In this document: positions 46,541 to 55,642 of the stretch, one piece after another
Layout: the number at the start of each line of letters is the position of its first letter
Position numbering within the stretch: position 1 is the stretch's first letter
DNA from: Minisyncoccota bacterium
GTDB taxonomy: Bacteria > Patescibacteriota > Minisyncoccia > Phycocordibacterales > PALSA-1337
DNA: 64,000 nt
Direction of reading: 5' to 3'
Assembly (NCBI GenBank): GCA_041665325.1
Contig: JBAYJB010000003.1
Coordinates: forward strand, 1,502-65,501
Program-made: the position numbers and the translations under genes
The notes under the pieces: model-generated
Told to the model about the DNA's origin: nothing
Seen by the model: only the letters and a program-made list of their open reading frames with translations
The model's database searches: none

Positions 46541-48307
46541 TTATAGGCTATATATGGTCTTTTGGTCATGCGGACAATCATACACCCTAGCTGTGACATT
46601 CTTGGAATCCGATCCGAAGAGAGTCCGACATTGCGCGAAGAACTTGTGATAGAAGCCGCCGGGGTCGAGCTTGGGTATGTCGACGACCAGATATTGGCCG
46701 TCGAAGGCGGCGAATTTGGCACGATATCCCCCTTCAGATTCCGGTGTCGCGTATATTCTACCGGCATACTTGCCCATGATAGACAGCGGCCCGGCGCCGA
46801 TATCATTGTAAGTGATGACCTGCTTGATATCTTCGGAATTTTTGATAAAGATGACAGCTTCCTGGAGAACTTGTGGCGCATTGCCATTGATCCCGCCATA
46901 CAGAAACTCCTCGGCGAAGACGCCGTTGTACGCGAGGCCGATGATGACGAGGATGATCAGGGCACAGTCCCGCCACGACTTCTTGAAGAGCCCTATGAGC
47001 GCGATCCCCGCCGCAACGAGATACGAAAAGGCGATGAACAGGAATGATATATAGAAGCCCATCGGCCCGGAACCGCCATTGAGCGGTGTGAGGATGTTCC
47101 AGTAGCCATGAATGACCCGTGAGAACCACAGGGTCTTGGGGTACAGGGCGACGACTGATTGTGGCAGGAAGTTGAGGGCGATGAGGATGACGGCGATGAT
47201 GAGGCCGATGATTATAGCCGCGCCCTCTCGGCGACAACAGTACATCCGCTCGCTCGTCCTCCTTGCGTCCTCCTCCTCGCGGAGTACTGTTCTCGCCTGC
47301 GGGCACGACCAGGAATCAAAGACCTTGCTCAAGATCATGCCGGTGATCGCCGCGAGCGGCACGATGGCGAACATCAGATATTTGTCGAGTGCCGCGCGGG
47401 AAAAGTCGAAGACCACAAAGTAGAATAGGAAGCCGATAGCCAGATAGAGCCAGAATGGCAAAGTCTTCTTGAATATCTCTCTCGAAGAAAATAAGAGCGG
47501 CACTAGCATGAGCGGCGAGATATAGTAGATCGCCTTGGCACCCTGCACGATGATCTGCAGCCAATTCCGGCCAGCATCACCTGAATATTGGTTGGCATGA
47601 TCCAACATCAGACTGATGCTGAAGGCCGGGTACACGGCTTGGATCAGGTAGAGCAGGCCTATATAGACGGCGACAAATACGGCCGCGCCGAGGATACCCG
47701 CTCCGGCCCATCGGAAAGAAAGTTGTTTCCTGATTGACCACAGGTAGTCTGCGGCTATCGCCCCGATGCCCAGGATGAAATTCAATTTGATGAGCAAGCC
47801 GAGCAGAAGTACGACGATGAGCGCGGCGAGCCAATACCCTCTTTGGGCAGGCTCGGCGCGGTGCCATCTGTCATACGCAAACACGGCCAACAGGAAGAAG
47901 AACGGCAATATGGCTCCGTCAACATCCGGCGAAAGAGAGCCAAGGATATTGTAGAAGCAAACGGCGAGAAGTCCGACCGATATGGCTGCCGTCCTGCGGT
48001 CAGAACGATCCTTGATCACGAAATACAGGAGGATCGCCGAGCCGATAGAGAACAGCAGCGGAAAAAGCCGGAAATGATCGACGCCGAATACGGCGTGGGC
48101 CGCCACGAACATCATCTGCATGAGCGGCGGGTGGGCATAGAATGTCCCGGCTCCGGCCACGGTCTCGGAGGTCGCCACATTCTTCCATTCATCCTGGTGA
48201 TAAGGGAGATCTACGCCCGGCAGGCGCAGAACCAGGAATAATACGGCGATTCCGGCAATCACTAGTGTAGCTTTGGTACGCGGAGTCATAGTCGATGATG
48301 TGGACAT
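46541..48307 (-). CDS. GT-C (ArnT/PMT-like) glycosyltransferase containing palindromic element copy B
   Basis: HQDE, HPPL, multi-TM, KYL; a hydrophilic 30-aa insert between TM helices. Confidence 0.82.
   Translation of the reverse strand: MSTSSTMTPRTKATLVIAGIAVLFLVLRLPGVDLPYHQDEWKNVATSETVAGAGTFYAHPPLMQMMFVAAHAVFGVDHFRLFPLLFSIGSAILLYFVIKDRSDRRTAAISVGLLAVCFYNILGSLSPDVDGAILPFFFLLAVFAYDRWHRAEPAQRGYWLAALIVVLLLGLLIKLNFILGIGAIAADYLWSIRKQLSFRWAGAGILGAAVFVAVYIGLLYLIQAVYPAFSISLMLDHANQYSGDAGRNWLQIIVQGAKAIYYISPLMLVPLLFSSREIFKKTLPFWLYLAIGFLFYFVVFDFSRAALDKYLMFAIVPLAAITGMILSKVFDSWSCPQARTVLREEEDARRTSERMYCCRREGAAIIIGLIIAVILIALNFLPQSVVALYPKTLWFSRVIHGYWNILTPLNGGSGPMGFYISFLFIAFSYLVAAGIALIGLFKKSWRDCALIILVIIGLAYNGVFAEEFLYGGINGNAPQVLQEAVIFIKNSEDIKQVITYNDIGAGPLSIMGKYAGRIYATPESEGGYRAKFAAFDGQYLVVDIPKLDPGGFYHKFFAQCRTLFGSDSKNVTARVYDCPHDQKTIYSL
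47219..47309 (-). repeat. Palindromic element copy B, in frame in the GT-C gene
   Basis: GCCC..GGCGA.AACAGTAC..TCCGC / GCGGA.GTACTGTT.TCGCC..GGGC stem; identical blocks shared with copies A and C. Confidence 0.9.
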
Positions 48308-48317
48308 ACTAGCTCGA

Positions 48318-49352
48318 TCAACCCTGAATGGCCCGGGTCAATTCGTCGGCCAATCTAGTCAAGCTGTGAGTCTGGACCAAACCAGCGATATTGGCCGCCT
48401 TCTTGGTGCGTTCGACGTCAGTGAGAGCCAAGAGCTTCGTGATCTTCTCGGCCAGATCGGCTGGGTCGTTGTATCGGAACATCAGGGCATCATCGAGGAT
48501 GACGCGCAGATCGTCGTTCGAAGCGAAGACAAAACAGCCGCAGGCCATGGCCTCGAAGATGGTCTTGTCATACATGCCGTTCGGCGACAGATTGACGAAG
48601 ATATGGTGAGCCGAATACACCTTGACCGTCTCTCTGTTCGGGACTCCTTTGTAGAATTTCACCTGGCCGGCAAGCTTGGCCTCGACGACCTGTTTCTTCA
48701 GGGATTCGGCGTACATCTCTCCGTCAGCCGGCGGATTGCCGTAGATATCCGCGGTGAACTTCACGCCCTTGGCCTTCAAGAGGGCTAGAGCGCCCACCAG
48801 GCAATCCAAGTTCTTGGAGGGGGCGATGCGGCCGAGCGAGAGGATCGAGCTCGGCACCGGCGCTACCGCTGGGTCGGGCCTGAAGGTCGCGGTATCCACA
48901 CCGACCGGCATAAACATTGTATTGCGATATTTGGCGGTATAAGAGTATCGGGAAGTACAGAACACCTTGGTGCAGAAGATGGCGGCGAGATCGGTGGAGA
49001 TCCCTCCGGCAAAATGGTTGCGCCACATGTAGATGCGTTTGCCGAGAAGCTTCCACAACCAGCCTGCGGCGAGGACGTATTCCTGATTCATGTGCACGAG
49101 CACCGCATCATAGCGGTTGAAATAGCGGATCGAGAAATAAAAGAGCAGGAAGATGTATTTGAGCTTATTCTTCCATTTCTCTTTACCCAACGACAGGACG
49201 GACACATTGCCAGGCAAGTCGTAATCCCCCTTTTGCAGGCAGACGATCACCACCGACTTCAGGTGCTTGGAGAACTCCTCCACCCAGCGGTGGACGAAAC
49301 CGAGGACTGGATCGGCACGATCTATCTTCTGGGTGATGATGAGCAGTCTCAT
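48318..49352 (-). CDS. GT4 glycosyltransferase
   Basis: LGRIAPSKN, DKTIFEAMACG. Confidence 0.9.
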   Translation of the reverse strand: MRLLIITQKIDRADPVLGFVHRWVEEFSKHLKSVVIVCLQKGDYDLPGNVSVLSLGKEKWKNKLKYIFLLFYFSIRYFNRYDAVLVHMNQEYVLAAGWLWKLLGKRIYMWRNHFAGGISTDLAAIFCTKVFCTSRYSYTAKYRNTMFMPVGVDTATFRPDPAVAPVPSSILSLGRIAPSKNLDCLVGALALLKAKGVKFTADIYGNPPADGEMYAESLKKQVVEAKLAGQVKFYKGVPNRETVKVYSAHHIFVNLSPNGMYDKTIFEAMACGCFVFASNDDLRVILDDALMFRYNDPADLAEKITKLLALTDVERTKKAANIAGLVQTHSLTRLADELTRAIQG

Positions 49353-50860
49353 GGTCTTTTGGGCGACGAAGGGGCGAAGATGAACATCCTGTATATGATA
49401 AAGCTTTCAATGGCGATGGCAATGCTGGTCAGCACTTGACTAAGCAGGTAATGCAACCCCCCGTAATGCACGAGTATATAGATGAGGCCGGTGTTGATGG
49501 CCAGGTTGCCTCCGGTCACGAGGAGGTACAAGAGGGCCTGGCCGTGCACGCCGTCCATGCCATGGTCCTGGAAAGTGAAGAATTTCTGCAGGATGAAGCT
49601 CACCACAAAAGCCACCAGGAAAGCGAGGACTGACGACAGGACATACCAGATCCCGAAGACATCCGTAAGGATATACAGAAGGATCAGATCAGTGGCGGCG
49701 GCCGTGCCGCCAGAGAAGAGGTAGCGGATGAGCTTGGCGGCGGTCGCTTTCTTCTTGCGGAGAGGTGAAGGTGAGTTCACTAGTCCGGTAGCGGCTTTCT
49801 CGACTGCACTCACAGTCGCGCCGATGGAGAATGAACCGGCTTTGGCTATCGCGGCTCCGACTAGTCCCTTGCGGAAGCTTTGGTCGGTGGATATCCGCTT
49901 CACGGCGGCGATGAATCCCGTCTCATCGTCTGGAGCGATGAGGATGCCTTCCCGGCCATCGGTGATGATCTCCGGCAGGTCTCCGACCCGAGTAGTGATG
50001 ACAGGCGTGCCGACGGCCATGGCTTCAACTATCTGGAATGAGAAGCTCTCAAAGCTAGTGTTGAGGGCGAAGATCTCCGCCTGAGAGATCTTCCCGATGA
50101 GCTCTCCCCTGTCGATGCGGCCGAGCAGGGCCACGCGGCTCTCGAGACCGAGCTTGGCGATCAGATCGTTGAGTTGGGACATCTCTGGCCCATCGCCGAC
50201 GATCTCTAGCTTCCAGCCGTCGAGCTTCTTCATGGCGACTATCAGCATAGCAAAGCCCTTCCACGGCACCAGACGGCCAGCTGAAATGATCGTCCTTGGC
50301 ATGAATGACACAGCGGACTTCAACTTCACGATCTCCGAGAGATCGACGCCATTATATATAGGGATAACCTTGTCCTGGCTCTTTACCCAGCCATTGGCCA
50401 GAACGGCAAAATACTTGCTAGGTGCGATCGCGATATCGGAGTGGCCAACGACGAAACGCTGGATGTAGCGCAGACATTCGGTCCTGAAGCCATACTTCTT
50501 CTTCTGGAAATCATCTATGGTATCCATGACGCCGAAGCGCTGGACGGATTGCTCCCAGGCATGATCACCGGGGATACGGACCATGAGAGCTTTGCCGAGG
50601 ACGAAGGCCGACACCAGAGAAGGCAGGCCGACTGATACCGTATCTTGGGCAAAGATGACATCCGCCGCGCGAGCATGCCATAGGAGCTTCAGGGAAAATA
50701 CTATATGTCTCACAACCTTGGGCAGACGCCGCACCGTGCTGAAGCTAAGCACATCCGTCACGATCCCCCGCTTGGGCAATTCGTCAGAGAGGAGCTTGGA
50801 ATACGTAGCCGGGCCGCCGATATCCGGCGGGTACATGCCCGTGGCGATCAATATTTTCAT
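49349..50860 (-). CDS. GT4 glycosyltransferase fused to a GtrA-like flippase domain
   Basis: YPPDIGGPA, AGRLVPWKG, ESFSFQIVEAM; C-terminal RYLFSGG...QKFFTF four-TM domain. Confidence 0.88.
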   Translation of the reverse strand: MKILIATGMYPPDIGGPATYSKLLSDELPKRGIVTDVLSFSTVRRLPKVVRHIVFSLKLLWHARAADVIFAQDTVSVGLPSLVSAFVLGKALMVRIPGDHAWEQSVQRFGVMDTIDDFQKKKYGFRTECLRYIQRFVVGHSDIAIAPSKYFAVLANGWVKSQDKVIPIYNGVDLSEIVKLKSAVSFMPRTIISAGRLVPWKGFAMLIVAMKKLDGWKLEIVGDGPEMSQLNDLIAKLGLESRVALLGRIDRGELIGKISQAEIFALNTSFESFSFQIVEAMAVGTPVITTRVGDLPEIITDGREGILIAPDDETGFIAAVKRISTDQSFRKGLVGAAIAKAGSFSIGATVSAVEKAATGLVNSPSPLRKKKATAAKLIRYLFSGGTAAATDLILLYILTDVFGIWYVLSSVLAFLVAFVVSFILQKFFTFQDHGMDGVHGQALLYLLVTGGNLAINTGLIYILVHYGGLHYLLSQVLTSIAIAIESFIIYRMFIFAPSSPKRP

Positions 50861-50868
50861 GGATTCTA

Positions 50869-51888
50869 CTATACCCGAAGAGCGTCGGTAATACCACGAG
50901 CGACGGCGACTGGAGACTGCTCAACTATCATAGCTCCCTGTTCCCCGGCCACCCCTACATCAGTGGAGACGATCCGGCACCCTGCCGCATGGGCCTCAAC
51001 TAGAGTCATGCCATAACCCTCGAAAAGCGAGGTGTTCAGGAATAGATCGGAGGTCTTATAATAAGAAGCGAGCGTTCCCTGGTCTGCCCATGATTCGAAT
51101 ACGATCGAATGATCCAGTCCGAGGTGCGCAACCAGGGCCTTGAGTTTTCCGGCCTGGGAGCCGGATCCCACGATGATCAGTCCGGCCTTGGGGATATCCT
51201 TGATGACTTCAGGCCATGAACGGATGGCCAGCTCGACACCCTTCTCCGGCTCAAGCCGCGAAGCCATGAGGACAACCTTACCGAACTGTGGATACTTCTT
51301 GCGCAGGTCTGCCGTGATGGGAGCATTCTTGAGCGCTTCGACATCGACGGCTATCGGCCTGACGAATATCTTGGCCGGACTGATGCCGAGCGTCTCGATC
51401 ACATACTGGCTGATGCGGTCGGAAACTACTCTGATGCTATCGGCTTTGGGCAGGTGCGACAGGGCCATAGCTTTGCGGAGCTTATTGCCGAGCGAATACG
51501 GATAGTTCGGACTGCCGATATCCGTGTGCACCTGGAGCTCGAGCGGCAGACCAGAACCCTTGCGGAGCGAAACCCCGGCCATAGCCGTGAGGAACGGGTC
51601 CTGACAAGTGATCTTGGTGATATCGCGACGGGCGATGATAAATCGGCCGAGGCGCATGGCGTCCATGGGATACAGGATCTTCGCCGCCGAGCGCGTCGGA
51701 TAGACCCAGACGTTCGAGCCTATCGAAGTTTCCCGGAAGCTCCGGTCTGTCGCGACGATGACATGGATCTCGTCCCATTGCTTGCCGTATTCCAGGAAAC
51801 GCTTGCTGACAGCGCTGTCCGGCTCAAATAACAACCGATCCGTACCGATCGATAGTAGTCTCTTTGGTTTTTGTCCGTCTGTCTGCAT
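50869..51888 (-). CDS. GT4 glycosyltransferase
   Basis: SRLEPEK, EGYGMTLVEA. Confidence 0.9.
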   Translation of the reverse strand: MQTDGQKPKRLLSIGTDRLLFEPDSAVSKRFLEYGKQWDEIHVIVATDRSFRETSIGSNVWVYPTRSAAKILYPMDAMRLGRFIIARRDITKITCQDPFLTAMAGVSLRKGSGLPLELQVHTDIGSPNYPYSLGNKLRKAMALSHLPKADSIRVVSDRISQYVIETLGISPAKIFVRPIAVDVEALKNAPITADLRKKYPQFGKVVLMASRLEPEKGVELAIRSWPEVIKDIPKAGLIIVGSGSQAGKLKALVAHLGLDHSIVFESWADQGTLASYYKTSDLFLNTSLFEGYGMTLVEAHAAGCRIVSTDVGVAGEQGAMIVEQSPVAVARGITDALRV

Positions 51889-51900
51889 GGATATGGATAT

Positions 51901-53040
51901 TCAAGAGATATCGGCCAGGATGTCCTTCATGTTAGCGGCGATGTTCGCCCAACCATACTTCTCCTCGACCAGCTCTCTGGCGCGCCCGACGACATAATCT
52001 CGCGACTCCCGATCCTTGGCTAGTTTCTCAGCTTTCTGGGCGATGGACTTAGGGTTGCCGACTTCGCAGAAGAAGCCCGTCTCGCCGTCCGTCAGGAAGT
52101 CTGGGATACCACCGACCGGCGTGGCGATGACCGGGATACCGGCCGCCATAGCCTCCAGGAATGAATTGCCGAGGCCCTCGGAGCGCGACGGTCTGACAAA
52201 GATGTCAGAAATCTGCAGATATTGCGGCAGATTTTCGTGCGATACGAAGCCCTTGAATACAACTCGGCCATCAAGCTTCAAGTCACGAATCTGGGTCCGC
52301 AAAGCTGATTCGTCATGGCCCGTTCCGATATTCAGGAACTTATATGGAGTGTCCAGATGTCTTAGAGATGAGATGATGTCGTCGACGGCGTTCTTGTATA
52401 CCATGCGGCCGGCCGTCACAAGCACGATGTCTTGGTCGGTGAAGCCGAGCTCCCTGCGCAAGGCCGATTTGCGCTCCGGCGCGAGCGGCGCAGAGAAGTG
52501 CTCGTAGTCAACACCGTTCGGGATGACCACAACCGGGCATACTGCTCCCATGTGGCGCGACCAATCAGCCAGATAATTCGAGATCGTCTGGATATGGTTC
52601 GCTGCCGCAAAAATCTTCCGAAACCAGGGCGAGAGGACTCCTTCACGGCGTTTGAAATGGTCGCCCTCCTGGATGGTCAGGAATATCGGAACCTTCGGTT
52701 GCTTCTTCTTGAAAAGATAGGCGGCATATCCGGCATAGCTCGCCATGATGGCCCAGACCGCATCGTATCTTTCCACACGGTGGAGTCGTCGAGCTTTGGC
52801 AGAGGCGACAAATGGAAAAAATAGCTTTTGGAATATGCCGACATCATCGAAGACACGGAAGATCCTCACATTGCCGATCTGTTCTTCCCTCTTACCGCGG
52901 CCGTCGCCCAGAGTGATCATATCGAACTGCATCTCGTTTTTTGAGATACGATCAGTGATCTCCTTCACGGCGACTTCCGCCCCGCCGATGAGGAGGGGGT
53001 AGTAAGATAATGAGAATATCAGGACTCGGCGTGGCTTCAT
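51901..53040 (-). CDS. GT4 glycosyltransferase
   Basis: GGAE, IPNGVD, SEGLGNSFLEAMAAG. Start 53040 (alternative GTG 53064). Confidence 0.92.
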   Translation of the reverse strand: MKPRRVLIFSLSYYPLLIGGAEVAVKEITDRISKNEMQFDMITLGDGRGKREEQIGNVRIFRVFDDVGIFQKLFFPFVASAKARRLHRVERYDAVWAIMASYAGYAAYLFKKKQPKVPIFLTIQEGDHFKRREGVLSPWFRKIFAAANHIQTISNYLADWSRHMGAVCPVVVIPNGVDYEHFSAPLAPERKSALRRELGFTDQDIVLVTAGRMVYKNAVDDIISSLRHLDTPYKFLNIGTGHDESALRTQIRDLKLDGRVVFKGFVSHENLPQYLQISDIFVRPSRSEGLGNSFLEAMAAGIPVIATPVGGIPDFLTDGETGFFCEVGNPKSIAQKAEKLAKDRESRDYVVGRARELVEEKYGWANIAANMKDILADIS

Positions 53041-53060
53041 GCTTTCATACTTCCATACCT

Positions 53061-54902
53061 TCACTCGACTTTCAACACGTTCTTTAGAACATCTTCGGGG
53101 ACCTCTTTTAGTGATTCTTTCAGCGACTGGGAGGTGGGCGCCGGTGATTTGATAGGTGGCTGGATAGGCGATGGGGCCGGTCTGGTCACAAGCTCGTCAG
53201 ACTTCTTGCCGAGTGCAGCGGCGAGAGCGCTCTTCAGCCCTTCGACATTCTTGGGGGTCTGCGCCTTGGGATCGACCTTGGCAACCGGCTTCGGAGCGAG
53301 GGTGGTCAAAGGAATCGGCTTCACCGGTTCCGGCTTTGCCTCGGGAACGAGTGGTTGGGGCGGCTTGGATTGGACCGGAGGAACACCCTTCGGGGCAACG
53401 ACCTGACCCAGGTTGGCAAATGGTTTGTGCGTCGGCTGTGGGACAGGCGGCTTCGGAGGAGCCTGCGTAGAGGGTTTGACGGCAGCCGCGTTCGTAGGCG
53501 AGAGCGGTGTCGCGCGAGGAGGAGCCGGAGGCGAAGAGCGAGCGGGAGCACTGCTCTCGCCGAGAGGACGCGGCGGCAGTGCAACCTTCGGCAACGGTAC
53601 CGATATGGGCTTCGGCGTCGGCTCGTGGAATTTGACGATCTCGGCCTCGACACCAGCGCGCGGCTTAGCGAACTGCTCGCGGGAAGCGGCCAGGATCTCC
53701 TGAACATATGATGCATCCGGGTGCGCAAATGGCGGCAATCCTCGGGCCGAGAAGGGCGGCGAGGTCAGGCCGTCGATCATGAGCTTGAGATACATCTGAT
53801 ACTGGCCGAGATTGACTAGATCCTCGACAGTGAACTGGGGCATGAATTCATTCTCAAGGAGCTCGGCATCATTGGCCCCGATCCGGAAGACGATCATGGT
53901 CCCCACGTTACCGAAGACGGCCGGACGTACAAATTCATCCATTTGCTCGACATATTGGTGAGCGATGGTCAGATTGAGCTTGTATTTACGGGCTTCGGAG
54001 AGGATGTCGGCGAACGAAGCGTTGGCGAAGTTCTGGAATTCGTCGACGAAGAGATAGAAGTTCGGCAGGACCTTCATGATCCGATCCGGGACATCGGCGC
54101 GCGACATGGCGGCCAGGTATATCTTGGTGACCAGAAGGCCGCCGAGGAGCTTCATATTCTCGTCGCCGATCTTGCCCTTGGACAAGTTGATGATGATGAT
54201 CTTGCGCTTGTCCATGGCCTCGCGGAAATCGAAGGACGAATGCGGCTGACCGATCATGTTCCGGATCAGCGGATTGGCGGTGAATTGGCCGACCTTGTTC
54301 TGGATGGCTGGCACAGCTTCAGCGGCCATACGCTCCGTGTAGCCGGCGAATTCCTTGACCCAAAAGGCCTTGACCGAGGGGTCTTGGACATGGGAGACAA
54401 TCTCCTTCCTATATTCCTTGTCGGAAAGCATCCTATTCACGCCCAAGAGAGTCGAGCCGGGCGCTTCGAGGAGAGCCAAGAGCGTGTTAGTCAGGATATA
54501 TTCCATGCGGGCTGACCAGGCATCTACCCAGATCTTCTTGAAGGTGCTCATGAGGCCGGAGACTACTAGATGCCTCTTCTCGGGAGTGACGCTCTCAAGC
54601 ACATTGAATGAGATCGGGTACTCGGTATCGAACGGCGCGATGTATATAACATCGCGGATGCGGTCTTTGGGTACGTATTCGAGGAGGAGGTCTACGGTCT
54701 TGCCGTGCGGATCGATGAAGCACATGCCTTCCCCGCCCTGGATATCTTGCACTGCCATAATCTCCAAGAGATTGGACTTGCCCATGCCGGTCTTACCGAT
54801 GACATAGACATGGCGCGTGCGGTCCTTGGCCTTGATGCCGAACTTGACCCGCTTGTTGCGGGCGTCAGTCTCGGCGAAGTATGTGATGCGATTGTCGTCC
54901 AT
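53061..54902 (-). CDS. VirD4/TraG/TrwB-like coupling ATPase with Pro-rich C-terminal tail
   Basis: RHVYVIGKTGMGKS, IDPHG, VDEFQNF, SEARKY, AHQY. Confidence 0.88.
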   Translation of the reverse strand: MDDNRITYFAETDARNKRVKFGIKAKDRTRHVYVIGKTGMGKSNLLEIMAVQDIQGGEGMCFIDPHGKTVDLLLEYVPKDRIRDVIYIAPFDTEYPISFNVLESVTPEKRHLVVSGLMSTFKKIWVDAWSARMEYILTNTLLALLEAPGSTLLGVNRMLSDKEYRKEIVSHVQDPSVKAFWVKEFAGYTERMAAEAVPAIQNKVGQFTANPLIRNMIGQPHSSFDFREAMDKRKIIIINLSKGKIGDENMKLLGGLLVTKIYLAAMSRADVPDRIMKVLPNFYLFVDEFQNFANASFADILSEARKYKLNLTIAHQYVEQMDEFVRPAVFGNVGTMIVFRIGANDAELLENEFMPQFTVEDLVNLGQYQMYLKLMIDGLTSPPFSARGLPPFAHPDASYVQEILAASREQFAKPRAGVEAEIVKFHEPTPKPISVPLPKVALPPRPLGESSAPARSSPPAPPRATPLSPTNAAAVKPSTQAPPKPPVPQPTHKPFANLGQVVAPKGVPPVQSKPPQPLVPEAKPEPVKPIPLTTLAPKPVAKVDPKAQTPKNVEGLKSALAAALGKKSDELVTRPAPSPIQPPIKSPAPTSQSLKESLKEVPEDVLKNVLKVE

Positions 54903-54937
54903 AGAAGATGCTATTTCAGGACAATTATATCATAGAT

Positions 54938-54976
54938 AAAAAGAGACCCACCTTGTCCTGTGACTTGGTGGGCCTT
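54938..54976 (-). terminator. Putative intrinsic terminator
   Basis: CCCACC...GGTGGG hairpin followed by a T-run on the minus strand. Confidence 0.5.
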
Positions 54977-55023
54977 GAGCGATATCCTCGATATCGCGTG
55001 TGTTGAGTGTTGCGGTGCCTGAG

Positions 55024-55443
55024 TCACCCACCGACGGCGTGCAGATAGTTGTGCCGGCGGATCGGGCTTGTCGTCACCGTGAGGATGGGGTGACAACTGC
55101 GCGGGATGGCAGGACCATCTGCCGGAGCTGAGGCCAAGGCGGCCTCGTATTCACCACGAGTTTGAAACCCCAGACTGGAGATCTCGTCCATGGTGAGCCA
55201 ACCTTCTCCCGGCGCCCTCTCGACGACGATAGTGGGTCTGCTCGGCGGCCTGTAGGGGGCCACCGTATTGGATTTGTTGCCCACAGCCACCTTTGGGATG
55301 ACAAACGGGACAACGGTCTTACTGACAACTGCTGCAGGTTGACCGCTAGGGGTAGCGGCCACCGAAACCTTGCTCCCCTTACGGGAGCGAGACTTTGATT
55401 TTTTCACGACTTTACTGATTTTGACCAACCTTGCATCTACCAT
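55024..55443 (-). CDS. Hypothetical protein with basic N-terminus
   Basis: 139-aa ORF MVDARLVKISKVVKKSKSRSRK..., bracketed by a promoter and a terminator. No recognisable family. Confidence 0.55.
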   Translation of the reverse strand: MVDARLVKISKVVKKSKSRSRKGSKVSVAATPSGQPAAVVSKTVVPFVIPKVAVGNKSNTVAPYRPPSRPTIVVERAPGEGWLTMDEISSLGFQTRGEYEAALASAPADGPAIPRSCHPILTVTTSPIRRHNYLHAVGG

Positions 55444-55586
55444 ATGTCTGCCAGATTGCACTCCATGTGCAGAGCGACAGGAGTCCATCAGGGGAAACGG
55501 ACTTCGACCACACCGCTTTTGAGGCGTCCCGATAGATATCGGGAACAGACAAACGTAAACACAAGAGATTACCAATCCGGTTTCAT

Positions 55587-55614
55587 ATAGTAACGCTTTT
55601 TGGCCAAAAAGCAA
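55587..55614 (-). promoter_or_regulatory. Sigma70-like promoter overlapped by a perfect 18-bp palindrome
   Basis: TTGCTT-16 bp-TACTAT; GCTTTTTGGCCAAAAAGC at 55595-55612. Confidence 0.5.
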
Positions 55615-55642
55615 GGGGCTGTGGATGGCGCCAGAAAGCCCC

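Noticed and set aside
53061-54902. Conjugative element or ICE
   Set aside because: No relaxase, integrase, VirB4/VirB genes or att repeats in the window.
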